This document shows, one piece after another, positions 11,995 to 25,624 of a stretch of 64,000 nt of DNA. A model generated the notes under the pieces. That model ran no database searches. It had not been told where the DNA came from and saw nothing but the letters and a program-made list of their open reading frames with translations. Position numbers and translations under genes: made by a program. How positions within the stretch are numbered: the stretch's first letter is position 1; every line of letters begins with the position of its first letter. This DNA comes from Octopus sinensis (taxonomy: Eukaryota), in NCBI RefSeq assembly GCF_006345805.1, contig NC_043010.1, forward strand, positions 26,226,001-26,290,000, in the 5' to 3' direction.

Positions 11995-12260
11995 TAACTG
12001 CAGCAATAAGTGTTCCAGTTTATCTGATCAACAGAACAGTCTACAGTCTGCTTGTGAAATTAACGTGCAAGTGGTTGAGCACTCCACAGACACACATACT
12101 CTTAATGTAGTTCTCGGGGAGATTCAGCATAACTTTGAAGTACAGGTACAACTCATTTTTGCCAGGTGAGTGAATGGGAGCAATGAGAAATAAAGTGTTT
12201 TACTGAAGGACACAGTGTGCTACCAGGAATTGAACTTAGAATCGGTTTCCAATCTTCTGT
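11995..12260. mobile_element. SINE-like repeat (GTTCCAGTT...GTGAAATTAAC...CTCCACAGAC...GGGGAGATTCAGC); second copy at about 26545-26935
   Basis: Two collinear copies in the window. Confidence 0.7.
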
Positions 12261-13043
12261 GAAAAATATGTCTGACCACGGGGAAAAAAATCCCCTTGGT
12301 TTGAAACCGGTGAGGGCTGGTGACAGGAAAGGCATCCGGCTGTAGAAAAACTCTTGTTAAAACGACGACAACAAAAATGACAGTAATGGTGGTAGTGGTG
12401 GTGGTGGTGATAGTTGTTGATGATGACGATGAAGTGACTCTTTCTCTCTCTCTCTCTCTATCTATTTATCTATCTATCTCCAAATCAACTATCATGAAGC
12501 TCCTTTCTGCTCCAATTTGCTCTGTTCTGCATGAAAACTAATGGTGGACGTGCAAAAAAGGAGACAACAACAACAGCAGCAGCAGCATAGTAGGCCTGTG
12601 TTATCGACACAGATTTCTACTTTGTTTTATTTTGTTATTTTTCAAAAAAAAAATATTTATCTTTTCCTTTGTACCTTAGACACAATCTATTTTGTCATTG
12701 TGTGATATAACAGCTGCAATAATACTTTGTATACCACATGTTTACTTTCCTTCTTTTTTTTTTTGGTGGGGGAGGGCACCCACAACTCTAACAATATTAC
12801 TGTTGTTGTTGTCATCACCATCATTATTATTATTATTATTATTATTTTACACATTTTGTGTGAAACCCCCACTGTCCCCACCTATTGTATGTCAGTCCTG
12901 GCGGCCAATAAATAAAATCATCATTATTATCATAATCATTATTATTGTTGTTGTTGTTGTTATTTTTAGACTTCAGGTACAGTAGCACACACAATAACAG
13001 CTGACATAATTCTAAAAGTCAGCAATTATCGGTCAGATCGAGC

Positions 13044-13080
<37 letters not shown>

Positions 13081-13535
13081 AACTGTTTCAAATAATTTCT
13101 TCTTTGTAAAATCTCAAGGACAATTGTCAAAAGGACAAACTACAAAAATGGCACAAATCAATCAAAGCAGAACCAATTATATAGAAGCACAAAAAAAAAC
13201 AGGTATGAGAAACAACAGCGTACAACAAATGTAATGTGGCTTCCCAATAAGGTAACAGCTATCAAGGGGCCAACCAACGAATCTCTATAGATTTAAGATT
13301 AACACCTAGGGACAAGAAAACTCTCCTAGTTGTGTTCTCTGGCCTACAGGTGGTACAGTCAGAAAACAGATCCATTTACTTGAGCTGTTCATGTTGCTCT
13401 CGCCCACCTTTCAGCAAATTCAGAACAGAACAAACAGCAGCTCTCTTTCCTTTCCAAATTAAACTTTAAGAACTTGAATGGAGATTCGTCAATGATTAGA
13501 GCCTGTATCTTCAGTCTTTTCAATCTTGTCCACTG

Positions 13536-13716
13536 TACAAGGGTGTGCTGAAAAAGGCCTGATTGGAACCCCAACATTCCGGGCTCTTTTACAGGGTTTA
13601 GAAAAAATGAAGGACTGCTGCAATAAGTGTGTGAATCTGAGAGAGGAACATGTTAGAATAAAAATATAATTAACTGATTTTCTTGTACCCAAAGCTAGGA
13701 ACTTTTTAGCACCCCT
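13536..13716 (+). mobile_element. Mariner-derived MITE or deletion remnant
   Basis: TIR-like TACAAGGGTGTGCTGAAAA ... TTTTTAGCACCCCT; internal DCCNKCVNLREEHV resembles the mariner transposase C-terminus (RWxKCIxxxGxYVE). Confidence 0.55.
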
Positions 13717-13952
13717 ACCCCTTCATGCATTCTCTTTTGCCATAGACACTATGGAGTGGGAAACTGCTTGACCATCATAGATAGCCAAAGAGAGGTAGCT
13801 GGGTGACCTTCAGAATGGTTTTGAGTGATAACCAGAACCATCCCGTACAATAACAACTGTTCAATATAACTTAACAAGTCATCAATACTTGGACATTGAA
13901 CTAGTATACGTATCTTAATTGATAGCACTTCCAGATACATAGATTTTTTATC

Positions 13953-14160
13953 TAAACCCTTTAACATTTAAACCAGCCATAACGGCTCAAATACTGTACC
14001 CCTTTTATGTTAAAACTAGCCAGATCTGGCCTCTCACACGTACCTTACAATGCCATTCTAAAACTAAACATTCATATCAAAGAAATCTCAAAGGCTCCAA
14101 AATAATGTGAATAAATAAGCATCACATTTGGTAAATTAATCTGAATGCAAAAGGCGTTAA
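13953..14160. mobile_element. TTAA-type (piggyBac-like termini) MITE; related copies at about 14868-14930 and 16869-17384
   Basis: Ends TAAA-CCCTTT ... AAAGGCG-TTAA; shared internal AGATCTGRCCTCTCACAC and GAAATCTCAAAG blocks. Confidence 0.6.
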
Positions 14161-14292
14161 GCCAGTAACAACCCTTCAATGGGACTGCCAGGTCAGGGAT
14201 TTTGAGAAGTCATATATGTTCTTTTGTATGTGTGTCTTTGTCTTTTTTTTTTTTTGCTTGTCCCACTTCTTGCTTGACAACCAGTGTTGGCT

Positions 14293-14770
14293 TAGTAGTT
14301 CTCAACCGTATGACCCTTGGGGGTCTATATGACCTTTGAAGGGGGTCCATATGACCTTTGGAGGAGGTCCATATGACCTTGGGGTGTTTCATATGACCTT
14401 TGGAAGTCCATATGACTATTGGAAGTCCATATGACCGTTGGAAGTCCATATAACCTTTGGGGAGGATCTATATGACCTTTGGAAGTCCATATGACCTCTG
14501 GGGGCAGGTCCATATGACTTTTGGGGGGACCATATGACCTTTGGGGGTCTATATGACCTTTGGAAGTCCATATGGCCTTTGGAGGAGCTCCATATGACCT
14601 TTGGATGGTTCATATGACTTTTGGAAGTCCATATGATTTTTGGAAGTCCATGACCTTTGGTGGTCCATATGACCTTTGGGGGTCCATATGACCTTTGGGA
14701 GGCCATATGACCTTTGGAAGTCCATACAACATTTGTGGGGGTCCACATGACCTTTGGGACTCCATATAAG
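14293..14770. repeat. Minisatellite of about 23 units (core CCATATGACCTTTGG + 4-7 variable nt) starting at a hAT-like terminus
   Basis: Units counted by eye; 12 exact TGACCTTT; preceded by TAGTAGTTCTCAACC. Confidence 0.9.
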
Positions 14771-16868
14771 ATTCTGTGATTAAAGTTTGTGTGTAATGAA
14801 TTGTATATGACATGATCTATGTTCTCACAATCACAACCCATAAACTAATCAAAAATGTACAGTGTTATCCCTTTGGCATTTAAACCAGCCACATCTGACC
14901 TCTCACACCTACTCTGCAATATTATTCTACTAATTGAACACATGTTGTTGCCATATGTCCCAATAAAAGCAGGAAGGTCACAGCTAAAATGCTTTCGATT
15001 AAAGGTCAGTTTGATCAAGGATGACCAAGAGGATAACAAACAAAAAACACAATGATGATGAAATTGTTATTAAACAGTAAAAAATAATTTGTTAACCTAG
15101 AAAATTAGCCAGGGATATGCCTCAGTGTGTGAGTAGGTACAAGTATGGCTGCGTGCTTCAGAAGAACACTTTGCAACCATAAAGCTTTGGGTTCAGTCCC
15201 AGAGCATGGCACCTTGGTGGTCAAGTATCTTCTGCTGTAGCCCCATGTCTAACAATTCTTTAGGAGAGTGAATTTGGTAGATGGAATCTGAGTGGAAACC
15301 CATTTTGGTGCGTGTGTTCTTATGTCTACAACCTGCATTCTTTAGTGGGGCCCTGGCTCAGGAGACCCAAGGTTTTGAGGGTTGTGGAACCATTTCTTAG
15401 CTGTTATTGTTCCTAATTCTACTCTGATCTGGAATAGTAACATGTCAGGGTCCCACCCAGTATCATTTTAAGGTGCAGGCACACTGGTCACTTGCCTAGG
15501 CACCCCATAGGTCTAGCAACCTGATTCTGATCCATGTATGCTGTAGTTTGCTGCCAATTAAGGGCCCAGTGCACTGATTTGTCCAAGGGTCTATGATGCT
15601 GGATTCAGCTAAGGGTTATTTAGCATATTAGGCATGTGCAGACTGGATCTGCTGATTCAGCAGAAGGAATCTTCATGGTTCAGTGAAGGAGAGGGTGGCT
15701 GCAGCAACACATTATGGAGTGCAGAGAGCAAGATGAGAAAGGTGAGACATCTTGATCATCCACAGCATCTGTCTCCATCTCCAATCGTCTTGACCAGGTC
15801 TTGCTAATTGGATTGAAAATGGTCATGGATGAAAGAATGAGATTGATATCGTACAACACTTCATTTTAAATGAAGTTACAGCACAAATCACAAAACATCC
15901 TTTAGGAGACTAGACGGTCCTTGTTGTTCCAACAGAAGAACATGATGAATTTGCAAGTGTATGTGTGTATCTGTGTGCATGTATGTATGCGTGTGTGTGT
16001 GTGTGTGTGTGCAAGAGAGCTCAACTTTTGTGTTTGTCCCATCTTATGGTTTCACAATTGGCACTTGTTTGTTTGCTGCATCACCATAACTTAGTGGTTC
16101 AGCAAACAGAATCAATACAGTAAGGTACTGAGGTTGATTTATTCAAGTAAACTTTCCAAGTAGTGCCCCAGTAGGGCCACTATCCATAACTGAAACAAGT
16201 TAAAAGAATATAAGAATATGCAAATGTACATGTATATACGTGTGTATGCACGTGTATATGTATATGTGCATGTGTGAGTTTGCGTGCATATGTATATGTA
16301 TACACATGTGTATGTAGTGTGTAAGCTGCAAAAAGGTTTGTATTAACAAGCAGACCAAGGTAGAGAGAAGGGTGCCTTTTGGTTTTGTTGTACAGGGAAC
16401 TCCTAGGTTTCCTTAATGGTGAAAGTGCACCATAATGCACTCACTGCACACTAGGAAATATAATGAGTTGCCAGCCTGACTGGCTCCTGTGCCAGTGGCA
16501 CATAAAAAGCATCATCCAAATGTGACTGATGCCAGTGCCACCTTGGCTGGCTCCTGTGCCAGTGACATGTAAAAGCATCATCCAAACATGGTTGAAACCA
16601 GCCCCCTCTGGCTCCTGTTTTGGTGGCACATAAAAGCACCATCCAAACATGGTCGATGCCAGCCCTCTCTGGCTCCCGTGCCAGTGGCACATTAAAAAGC
16701 ACCCACTACACTCTTGGAGTGGTTGACGTTAGGAAGGGCATCCAGCTGTAGAAACACTGCCAGGTCAGGTTGGAACCTGGTGCAGCCTCCTGGCTTCCCA
16801 GACCCCCAGTCAAAATGTCCAACCGATGCCAGCATGGAAAACGGACGTTAAACAATGATGATGACAAT

Positions 16869-17384
16869 CTCTTTAGCAATTAAATTGACCAGATCTGACC
16901 TCTCACACCTACTTTGCAATACCATTCTAAAATCAAGCAGGTTACATCACTGAAATCTCAAAGCTACGATATGTTGGATTCTTTCGTTTATTGTTTTACT
17001 TGCTACAGTCATTTGACCATGGCCATGCTGGAGCACCACCTTAAAGGGTTTTGGTTGAAGAAATCAGCCATCAAGACTTATTCTTTGTAAGCTTTGTATT
17101 TATTCTATCAGTCTTTTGCCGAACCGCTAAGTTACAAGGATGTAAGCACACCCATATCAGTTGTCAAGTGATGGTGGAGGGACAAACACAGACACAAAGA
17201 CATCCACTCACAAGGCTTTGGTCTGAAGACACTTGCTGAAGGTGCCATGCAGTGGGACTGAACCTGGAACCATGTGATTAGGAAGCAAGCTTCTTACTAC
17301 ACAGCCACGCCTGATTAATTCAAAACAATGTGAGTCAATAAGCATTTTACATTTGACAGAGTAATCTGATTGCTAAAGGGTTAA
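16869..17384. mobile_element. TTAA-type MITE interrupted by a family A SINE (about 16980-17312, minus strand)
   Basis: TIR pair CTCTTTAGCAAT / ATTGCTAAAGGG-TTAA; MITE sequence resumes after the SINE. Confidence 0.7.
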
Positions 17385-17857
17385 GGAAGATAAAAGGAGA
17401 CTCTGATCACCATCAAGGCAAAGCTATTCTAATACAAGGGCCCCCAATAAAATGTACCCAGTTCACACTAGGGTTATAAGACAGGCATGCAGCTGTAAAA
17501 ACCATGCCAAAAATAATTAACATACACAACAGGGTTGGCCTGGGTTTTTTTTTTCTTTAATGTTTAGTGTGTCAAGTGACAAAAAGACAACAGTGGTTGG
17601 TAAGAGGAAAGCCAGAGCAAATAAAGACAAGGACAGCAGCAGGAGGGCAAGACAAAGATCAGTGGTGGATTATGAAAGAGAGAGAGAGAGAGAGAGCCAA
17701 CAGCGGGTGGGAAGATATTGTGAAATCCATTCAACCCACACCAGCATGATGCAACAATACATATATATATATAATAATAATAATAATAAATATATATGTG
17801 TGTGTGTATATATATACATAATATACGTATATGTTTATATATATGTGTGTATATATA

Positions 17858-17906
<49 letters not shown>

Positions 17907-17947
17907 ATATATGTTTATATGCCTATATCTATGTGTGTGTGTGTATG

Positions 17948-17980
<33 letters not shown>

Positions 17981-20268
17981 ATTACCAATCAAGCGCTATA
18001 AAAAGTTATCTTCTCTGAGTCATATAAACTCTTAAGGGCCAGTTTCCCAGTTTCTGTGGCCTATATGTATTCCCCACCTGGACAGGACGCCGGTCCATCG
18101 TAGGATTATTTGGTTTTGCCAGCTGAGTGGACTGGAGCAACGTGGAATGAAGTGTTTTGCTCAAGAACACAATGTGTTGTCTGGTTCATGAATTGAAACC
18201 ACAATCTGACGATCATGAGTCCAACTCCCCTAATCACTAAGCCATGCACCTCCAGTCAAGCACTGAGTCAATGCAATTGACTAGCCCCCTCTTCCAAAAC
18301 CTCAGGCCATGTACCTTACACTAGAAGGGGTTATTATTACTATTATTTTTACACACACACACAAATTAGACTTGATAGATTGAGTAGTACAAGGCGGCGA
18401 GCTGGCAGAAACATTAGCATGCCGGGTGAAATGCTTAGCAGTATTTCTGAGTTCAAATTCCACCAAAAATTTTGGGCTTGTGCCTAGAGTAGAAAAGAAT
18501 ATCTAAGGCAGTGAGCTGTTAGAAACATTATCACACTGGGAGAAATGCTTGGCAGTATTTCGTCTGTCTTTATGTTCTAAGTTCAAATTCTGCCAAGGTC
18601 AACTTTGCCTTTCATCCTTTCGGGGTTGATAAAATTAAGTACCAGTTTCATACTGGGCTCAATCAACTCGACTGGCCCCTTCCCCAAACATTTGTGTTTA
18701 GAGTTGAAAAGAATATTTAGCTGCATCCCTCTGAGTTCTGAGTTCAAATTCAGCCACAGACAACTTAGCCTTTCATGCCTACAGAACTGCTGTAATAATT
18801 TACCAGTCAGTATAATTGAGTATATTATGTGTGTGTGTGTGTGTGTGTGTGCGTGCGCACGCGTGTGTGTGTGTGCGTGCATGTGTGTGTGTTCCCGCAA
18901 ACGCATGGGAAACCTGAAAAGCCAACAGGATAGCTGAAGCTGAGCAACACAGGCAGGCCTGGAAAACCAGTGCTATCAAATTCACAACCACCACCACCAC
19001 CACCATTCCCTGTCCACACTGCTGGAGAATCTTCCAGGCAGGGCTGGGTCTGATCAGTCAACAAAACACACTCAAAGCCTAACCCTAACCCAAACAGCAG
19101 GATGACAAGATGGGTCCTCATTGCCTTAATAGACCAAGAAATATATATGTATCAGTATACCTCTGTGTGAGTGTGTGTATATCTTTTTACCTTTTGCTTC
19201 TTTCACTCATTAGACTGTGACCATGCTGGGGCACCACATTGAAGAATTTTTAGTCGAATGAATCAACACCAGCACTTATTTGGACGGTCTCTTTTGCCAA
19301 ACTGCTAAGTTATGGGGAATATAAACACATCAATACCGGTTCTCAAACGGTGTGGGGGGGGGGGACAAACACAGACACAAAGACACACATACATAGATAA
19401 ATATATACAATGGGCTTCTTTCAGTTTCCATCTACCAAATCCACTCAAAGGGCTTTAGTAAAAGACATTTACCCAAGGTGCCATGCAATGGGACTAAACC
19501 ATGTGGTTGAGAAGCAAGGTTCTTACCAGATAGCCATGTGTGTATGTATGTATGTATGTGTGTGTGTATATCATCATCATCATCATCATCATCGTTTAAC
19601 GTCCGCTTTCCATGCTAGCATGGGTTGGACGATTTGACTGAGGTCTGGTGAACCAGATGGCTGCACCAGGCTCCAGTCTTGATCTGGCAGAGTTTCTACA
19701 GCTGCATGCCCTTCCTAAAACCAACCACTTCGAGAGTGTAGTGGGTGCTTTTTATGTTCCACCGGCACGGGAGCCACCCAGGCGGTACTGGCAATGACCT
19801 CGCTCGAATCTTTTTTCACGTGCCACCAGCACAGGTGCCAGTGAAGCGATGTTGGTAACGATCACGCTCGAATGGTGCCCTTTTACGTGCCACAGGTACG
19901 GAAGCCAGTTGGCTGCTCTGGCAATGATCACGCTCGGATGGTGCTCTTGGCACCCTACTAGCACAGGCATAAGTGCCAGTAAAGTGACACTGGTAACGAT
20001 CATACTCGAATAGCCGCTCTGTCAATGATCACATTCGTATGGTGCTCTTTGCACCCCGCTAGCACAGATGCGAGTCATTGAATTGATTTTGATTTTGATT
20101 TCACTTGCCTCAACAGGTCTTCGCAAGCAGAGTTTAGTGACCAAAGAAGGAATATATATCATCTTGGAGCCTGGTGCAGCCGCTGGCTTTCCAGACCTCA
20201 GTCAAACTGTCCAAGCCATGCCAGCATGGAAAACAGATGTTAAACGGTGGTGGTGATGATGATGATGA

Positions 20269-20303
<35 letters not shown>

Positions 20304-20305
<2 letters not shown>

Positions 20306-20709
20306 CGCAGGAGTGGCTGTGTGGTAAGTAGCTTGCTAACCAACCACATGGTTCCGGGTTCAGTCCCACTGCGTGGCACCTTGGGCAAGTTTCTTCTACT
20401 ATAGCCTCGGGCCAACCAAAGCCTTGTGAGTGGATTTGGTAGACGGAAACCGAAAGAAGCCCGTCGTATATATATATATATATATATATACGTGTGTGTG
20501 AGTTTGTGTCTGTGTTTGTCCCTCCAACATCGCTTGACAACCTATGGTGGTGTGTTAACGTCCTCGTAACTTAGCGGTTCGGCAAAAGAGACCGATAGAA
20601 TAAGTACTAGGCTTACAAAGAATAAGTCCTGGGGTCAATTTGCTCGACTAAAGGTGGTGCTCCAGCATGGCCGCAGTCAAATGGCTGAAACAAGTAAAAG
20701 AGTAAAGAG
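20304..20709 (+). mobile_element. Full-length tRNA-derived SINE family A; other near-full copies at 29198-29586 (-), 45945-46320 (-), 57827-58260 (+), 62289-62684 (+)
   Basis: A box TGGCTGTGTGG, B box GGTTCAGTCCC, CORE-like CCTTGGGCAAGT, internal (TA)/(TG) repeat, tail GGTGCTCCAGCATGGCCGCAG...GAAACAAGTAAAAGAG. Confidence 0.9.
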
Positions 20710-20751
20710 TATATATATATATATATCTATCTATATATATATATATGTATA

Positions 20752-20782
<31 letters not shown>

Positions 20783-21195
20783 CCTGCCTATCAAAGAAGG
20801 CGTGTGAATCTCCTGTAATACAAACCGTTATTTCATCCATAACAAGCTAAATAAAATAGCCAAACTTCCCTCATATCACATTATGTAGTCTTAAAAGGAA
20901 AAAAATTACAGAAAAACAGAAAAAAAAGAAGATAAACACTTATAATGTGTTCTGTCTCTTTAAAAAAACAAGATGGGACAGTCATAGCTGGAATGGAATT
21001 TCAATTTGATTGCTCAACACTGACTTGGGACTAAACAAAACCAACCTGACTTTTATGAGAATAGTCTCTAATTTTAGCGCTTACTTTATATATCTATTAT
21101 ACACCCGATCACAATCTTGTCTACCCCAGGTGGATGTGATTTGCTGTTACTATGACTGACAGCTACTACTACTAAATGCTGTGCTGCTGCTGCTG

Positions 21196-21226
<31 letters not shown>

Positions 21227-21255
21227 AAATAATAATAATAATAATAATAATAAAA

Positions 21256-21469
21256 ATCCTTTGTATTATAGGCATGAGGTCCAAAATTTGGGGGAGGGCG
21301 TATTCGATTACATCGACCTCAGTACGCAACTGGTACTTATTTCATCGACCCCAAAAGGATAAAAGGCAAAGTCGACCTCAGCGGAATTTGAACTCATAAC
21401 GTAGTGGCAGATGAAATACCGCTAAGCATTTTGCCCGCCATGCTAATGATTCGGCCACCTCACTGCCTT
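21256..21469 (-). mobile_element. tRNA-derived SINE family B with (TTA)n tail
   Basis: Minus-strand head AAGGCAGTGAGGTGGCCGAATC, B box GAGTTCAAATTCC, central GCCTTTTATCCTTTTGGGGTCGATGAAATAAGTACCAG domain; more than 20 copies or fragments in the window. Confidence 0.85.
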
Positions 21470-21799
21470 AATAATAATAATAATCATAATAATAATAATA
21501 ATAATAATAATCCTTTCTACTGAAGGCACAAGGCCTTGAAAATTTTGGGGGAAAGGAGCCAGTTGATTACATAGACCCCATTGCGTAACTGGTACTTAGT
21601 TCATCAACCCTGAAAGGATGAAAGGCAAAGTCAACCTCAGCGGAATTTGAAACATAACAACAACAACAATATAATGATGATGATAATGATAATAATACCA
21701 TTATCACTACGACGACGACCACCACCACTACTACTACTACCACTGCTGTTATTTCTACAGCTAATGCAACCACTTCTGTTGCAACTGCTGCCGCTGCTG

Positions 21800-21839
<40 letters not shown>

Positions 21840-21997
21840 CACTACTACTACAACTACTACCACCTCCACTACTGCTACTACAGCTCCTGAAAGTAATTCT
21901 GCAACTATTACTACTACTACCACTGCTGCTGCTGCCACCAATTACTAGTACTATTGCTGCTGCTACTACAAGTACTACTGCTAGAGCAAATAGCTAA

Positions 21998-22051
<54 letters not shown>

Positions 22052-22244
22052 TAATAATAATAATGTTTTCTTTTGATGATGATGGTGATGATGATGCTTT
22101 CCTCTCTACAACCGTTTCCATGTTAAAGTGATATGGAAAGGAAAGACTGCAACAACAACAACAATAACAAATCAATAATAACAATATTTCATTATGGAAC
22201 AGGGTGGCAGCAGCAACAACAAGGTCGGCTGCTTCTTAGTCTCT

Positions 22245-22501
22245 GAATGTGTATGTGTGAGTGTGTGTGTGTGTGTGTCTATATATATATGTATGTAAGT
22301 ATGTATGTATATGCACAGACAGACAGACAGACACACACACACACACACACCTGAATGCATGTGCATGAATCTGAGCAGCATATATTTATATATTATATAT
22401 ATAGTTAATGAGTGTATATATATATATATATATACACACATATATTCATACACACACACACACATATATATATATACATATATACATATATATATATATA
22501 T

Positions 22502-22567
<66 letters not shown>

Positions 22568-23049
22568 ATACACACATATATTCATACACACACACACACA
22601 TATATATATATACATATATACATATATATATACATTCATACACACATACATACATACATACATACATACATAAATATATATATATGTATATATATATATT
22701 ATATATATATATACACACACGCAGATACGTTTATACATATATATATATGTGTATATATATATACAAACGTATATAAAATATATTAACACATGTGGGTGGG
22801 TGAAGGAGGGGGAGAGGAGAGAGAGAGAGAGGTGACCACCAAACAAGATAGGTAGATGTGTTGAATAGGTTTGACAATAAATTGAAGATCAGCCAGTCAA
22901 ACTGAAGGGTTACAGTGAGATAAAGGGGAGCAACTTTTATCCCTGCAGTGGGAGAACAATGGTGGATTTGATTTATTGCTTGATTGATTGATTAATTGAT
23001 ATAAATAGACATACATATACACATACACAGTCACGCAATACACTCATGC

Positions 23050-23089
<40 letters not shown>

Positions 23090-23312
23090 TGTACACACAC
23101 ACACACACATATATATATACATATATATATACACACATATATATATACATACATATATGTGTATATATATGTGTGTGTGTGCATCTACCTGTATATATAT
23201 ATGTATATATGTATTTGTATATATATATATAATCCAACCCATGTAAGCATAGGAAAGTGGATTTAAAACTATGGTTTGTGCATTTGGTTATATCTATCTA
23301 TCTATATATATA

Positions 23313-23373
<61 letters not shown>

Positions 23374-23396
23374 ATGCATGTATGTATACATATATG

Positions 23397-23442
<46 letters not shown>

Positions 23443-23460
23443 CACATATATACACACACG
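22245..23460. repeat. Large compound (TA)/(CA)/(TG) microsatellite field with a local higher-order duplication
   Basis: TATATTCATACACACACACACAC... block occurs at about 22440 and 22577. Confidence 0.9.
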
Positions 23461-23559
23461 CATAAGCATACACGTATATATTTACATGCACATACGTATA
23501 CATTCCTATAACAGATGTGTAGCATGTGTGTGTGTGAGTGCATGTGTGTGTACGTGTAT

Positions 23560-25581
23560 TCACATACAGTTTCAACACCGCCGATCCTGCCACCACCACC
23601 CCACCATCACTACAACAGGAACATATTCCAAAGTAAGGAATTCACAAAATACCGCTGGAGGTCGGCAGTTAGGCAAGGAATCCTCCTCTGTTGCCGTGTG
23701 ATTACGTTGAGTGATTATACGGTCGACTACCGAGAAAGGGTTGCTGCTGGTGAAGGGGGTGAGTGACGTAAGGGCGGTGGTGGTGGTAGTCTGAGTACAG
23801 GTAGTTGTGACTGTAAGTGATGGTAGTGGCTTTGGTAGTAGTTGCGGTGGTAGCTGTGTAGTAGTAGTAGTTGTTCTTGTTGTTACTGTTGCAGTGGTCA
23901 AGATAGTAGCTTTGTGTTGATAGTTGCAGTGGTGGTGGTAGTAGTGGTGGTGTTGACTGCATAACAATTGTGTAGTGATCTTAGCGGTAGTTTTGTGCAA
24001 AAGTAGTTGGCAGTACTAGTTAGTGGTCGTATTTGACGATAGTAGTGGCACTGGTAGCAGTAGGGACGACTGCCTATGCAGCAGCAGCAGTAGTAGTAGT
24101 AGTAGTAATAGTGGTGGTGGTACTTCGCGGTGATAGTCATGCAGATGAAAGCGGGTTTTTTTTTCATAACCATGGCTCGCTGCCTGGTTGGCAACAGTAT
24201 AGGCGTTGGTACCAGTGGTGACTGCATGACGCTTGTTGTAGTACTGGCTTTTAACAATGGTAAAGCTATGTTGTGGCGGCAATAGCTTGCAGCAATTATT
24301 CTATTATACTATAGCAGTGGTGGCAGTGGTGGTGATGGTGTGACAGCAATCTGTGGTGGTCGAGGTGCTGGTAGGTATGTTGTGGTTACTATAGTAGTTG
24401 TAGTGGCGGTTAGCATAGTAAATGCGATGGTTACAACATCAATGTAACCAGTCTCAGGCAACCTGGGAAGGTCATTGACACTGCACCCCACTTCTCACCA
24501 AACTAAAGAACACTGCAACGGTGGGTGGCGGCGGCGGTAGTGGTGGTGACGCTTGTAGTGGTGGTGGCGGTGGTGATGATACTAGTGTAAATTATGGGAT
24601 GCTAGTAGTGGTGGTGGTGGTGGTGGTAGTGCTAATACCGGGGTATGGCGGTGAAGGTGTTGGCGGTCGTGCTAGTGTTAACTGTGATGATGGTGCTTGC
24701 AGTTCTTGAGCTAATGTTAGTATCAAACGCGACATGGTGGTAGTAGTAGTAGTAGTAATGGTAGTGGTGGTTACAGTTGCAGTGAAAGTGTTAACTGTGC
24801 GGTGGAGATGAAGACGTTCGTGCTGGGGATTCGCGGCGGTGCCGAGATGTGTTCGTTGTGGCGATGGTGATGGTGAATGTATTGGTAGTAGTTTTCCGTA
24901 GTGGGGTTGTTAGTGGCGCAGGTAGTAGTTTAGTGGTGTTGCTGCTGGTTGTGCTAGTGCTGACAGTTTAGTCGTTCAGCAGCAGTAGTGGTGGTGGTGG
25001 TGGTTGCGGAGGTAGTTGTGAAATGCAGATGCCAGTAGCAGCCGTCGTGATGCTGGCGGTATAATGTAGCTGCCACAACTTGAATGCAAGCAGCATTCGT
25101 CGAAATGCCATGTAAGTGTTTGTGTACATACACATACGTGGATACACATGTACTTGGGTACATGTGTATCCAGTTAGGTATGTGTGTGAGAGAGAGAGAG
25201 AGACGGTGTATCGCGTGTGTGCTTATTGTATGTTATGACTGCATGTTATGTACGTGGGTACGTGTATGTGTTTATGTATTAATGAATGAATGTACGTGTG
25301 AATGTGTGGGTGGATTAGCTATGCTCGTACATACATACAGAGGGGGGAGGAAGAGTCAGGAAGAGAGAAAAGAGAGAAAGAAAGAAAGGCAGGGAGAGGG
25401 GGGAAGAAAAAGAAAACAGACAAACTGACATAGAAAGGCACATAAGAGTCAATCGCATCTGCAAAGCTAAAATATAGTTTTGTTTATGAAGCTGCGGTTG
25501 AAATTAATGAAAGATCATGTTTTTAACGGTTTAAACCAGACGGCTTATAGTTACTCAGTGTGTGTGCGTGTGTGTGCGCGC

Positions 25582-25624
<43 letters not shown>

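Noticed and set aside
11747-12030. Selenoprotein-type TGA readthrough (…YLGNC-TGA-ASIT…)
   Set aside because: No recognised selenoprotein motif or SECIS; the frame is the antisense of another ORF and runs into a SINE
14310-14765. CRISPR-like repeat-spacer appearance
   Set aside because: Linkers are only 4-7 nt and related to each other, there are no cas genes, and the context is eukaryotic
19078-19091. Telomere-like CCCTAA repeats
   Set aside because: Only about two units; expected by chance
23572-24282. Thr/Pro-rich mucin-like coding exon
   Set aside because: Degenerate trinucleotide repeat; frames shift repeatedly and there is no consistent long ORF (same for 21567-21997)
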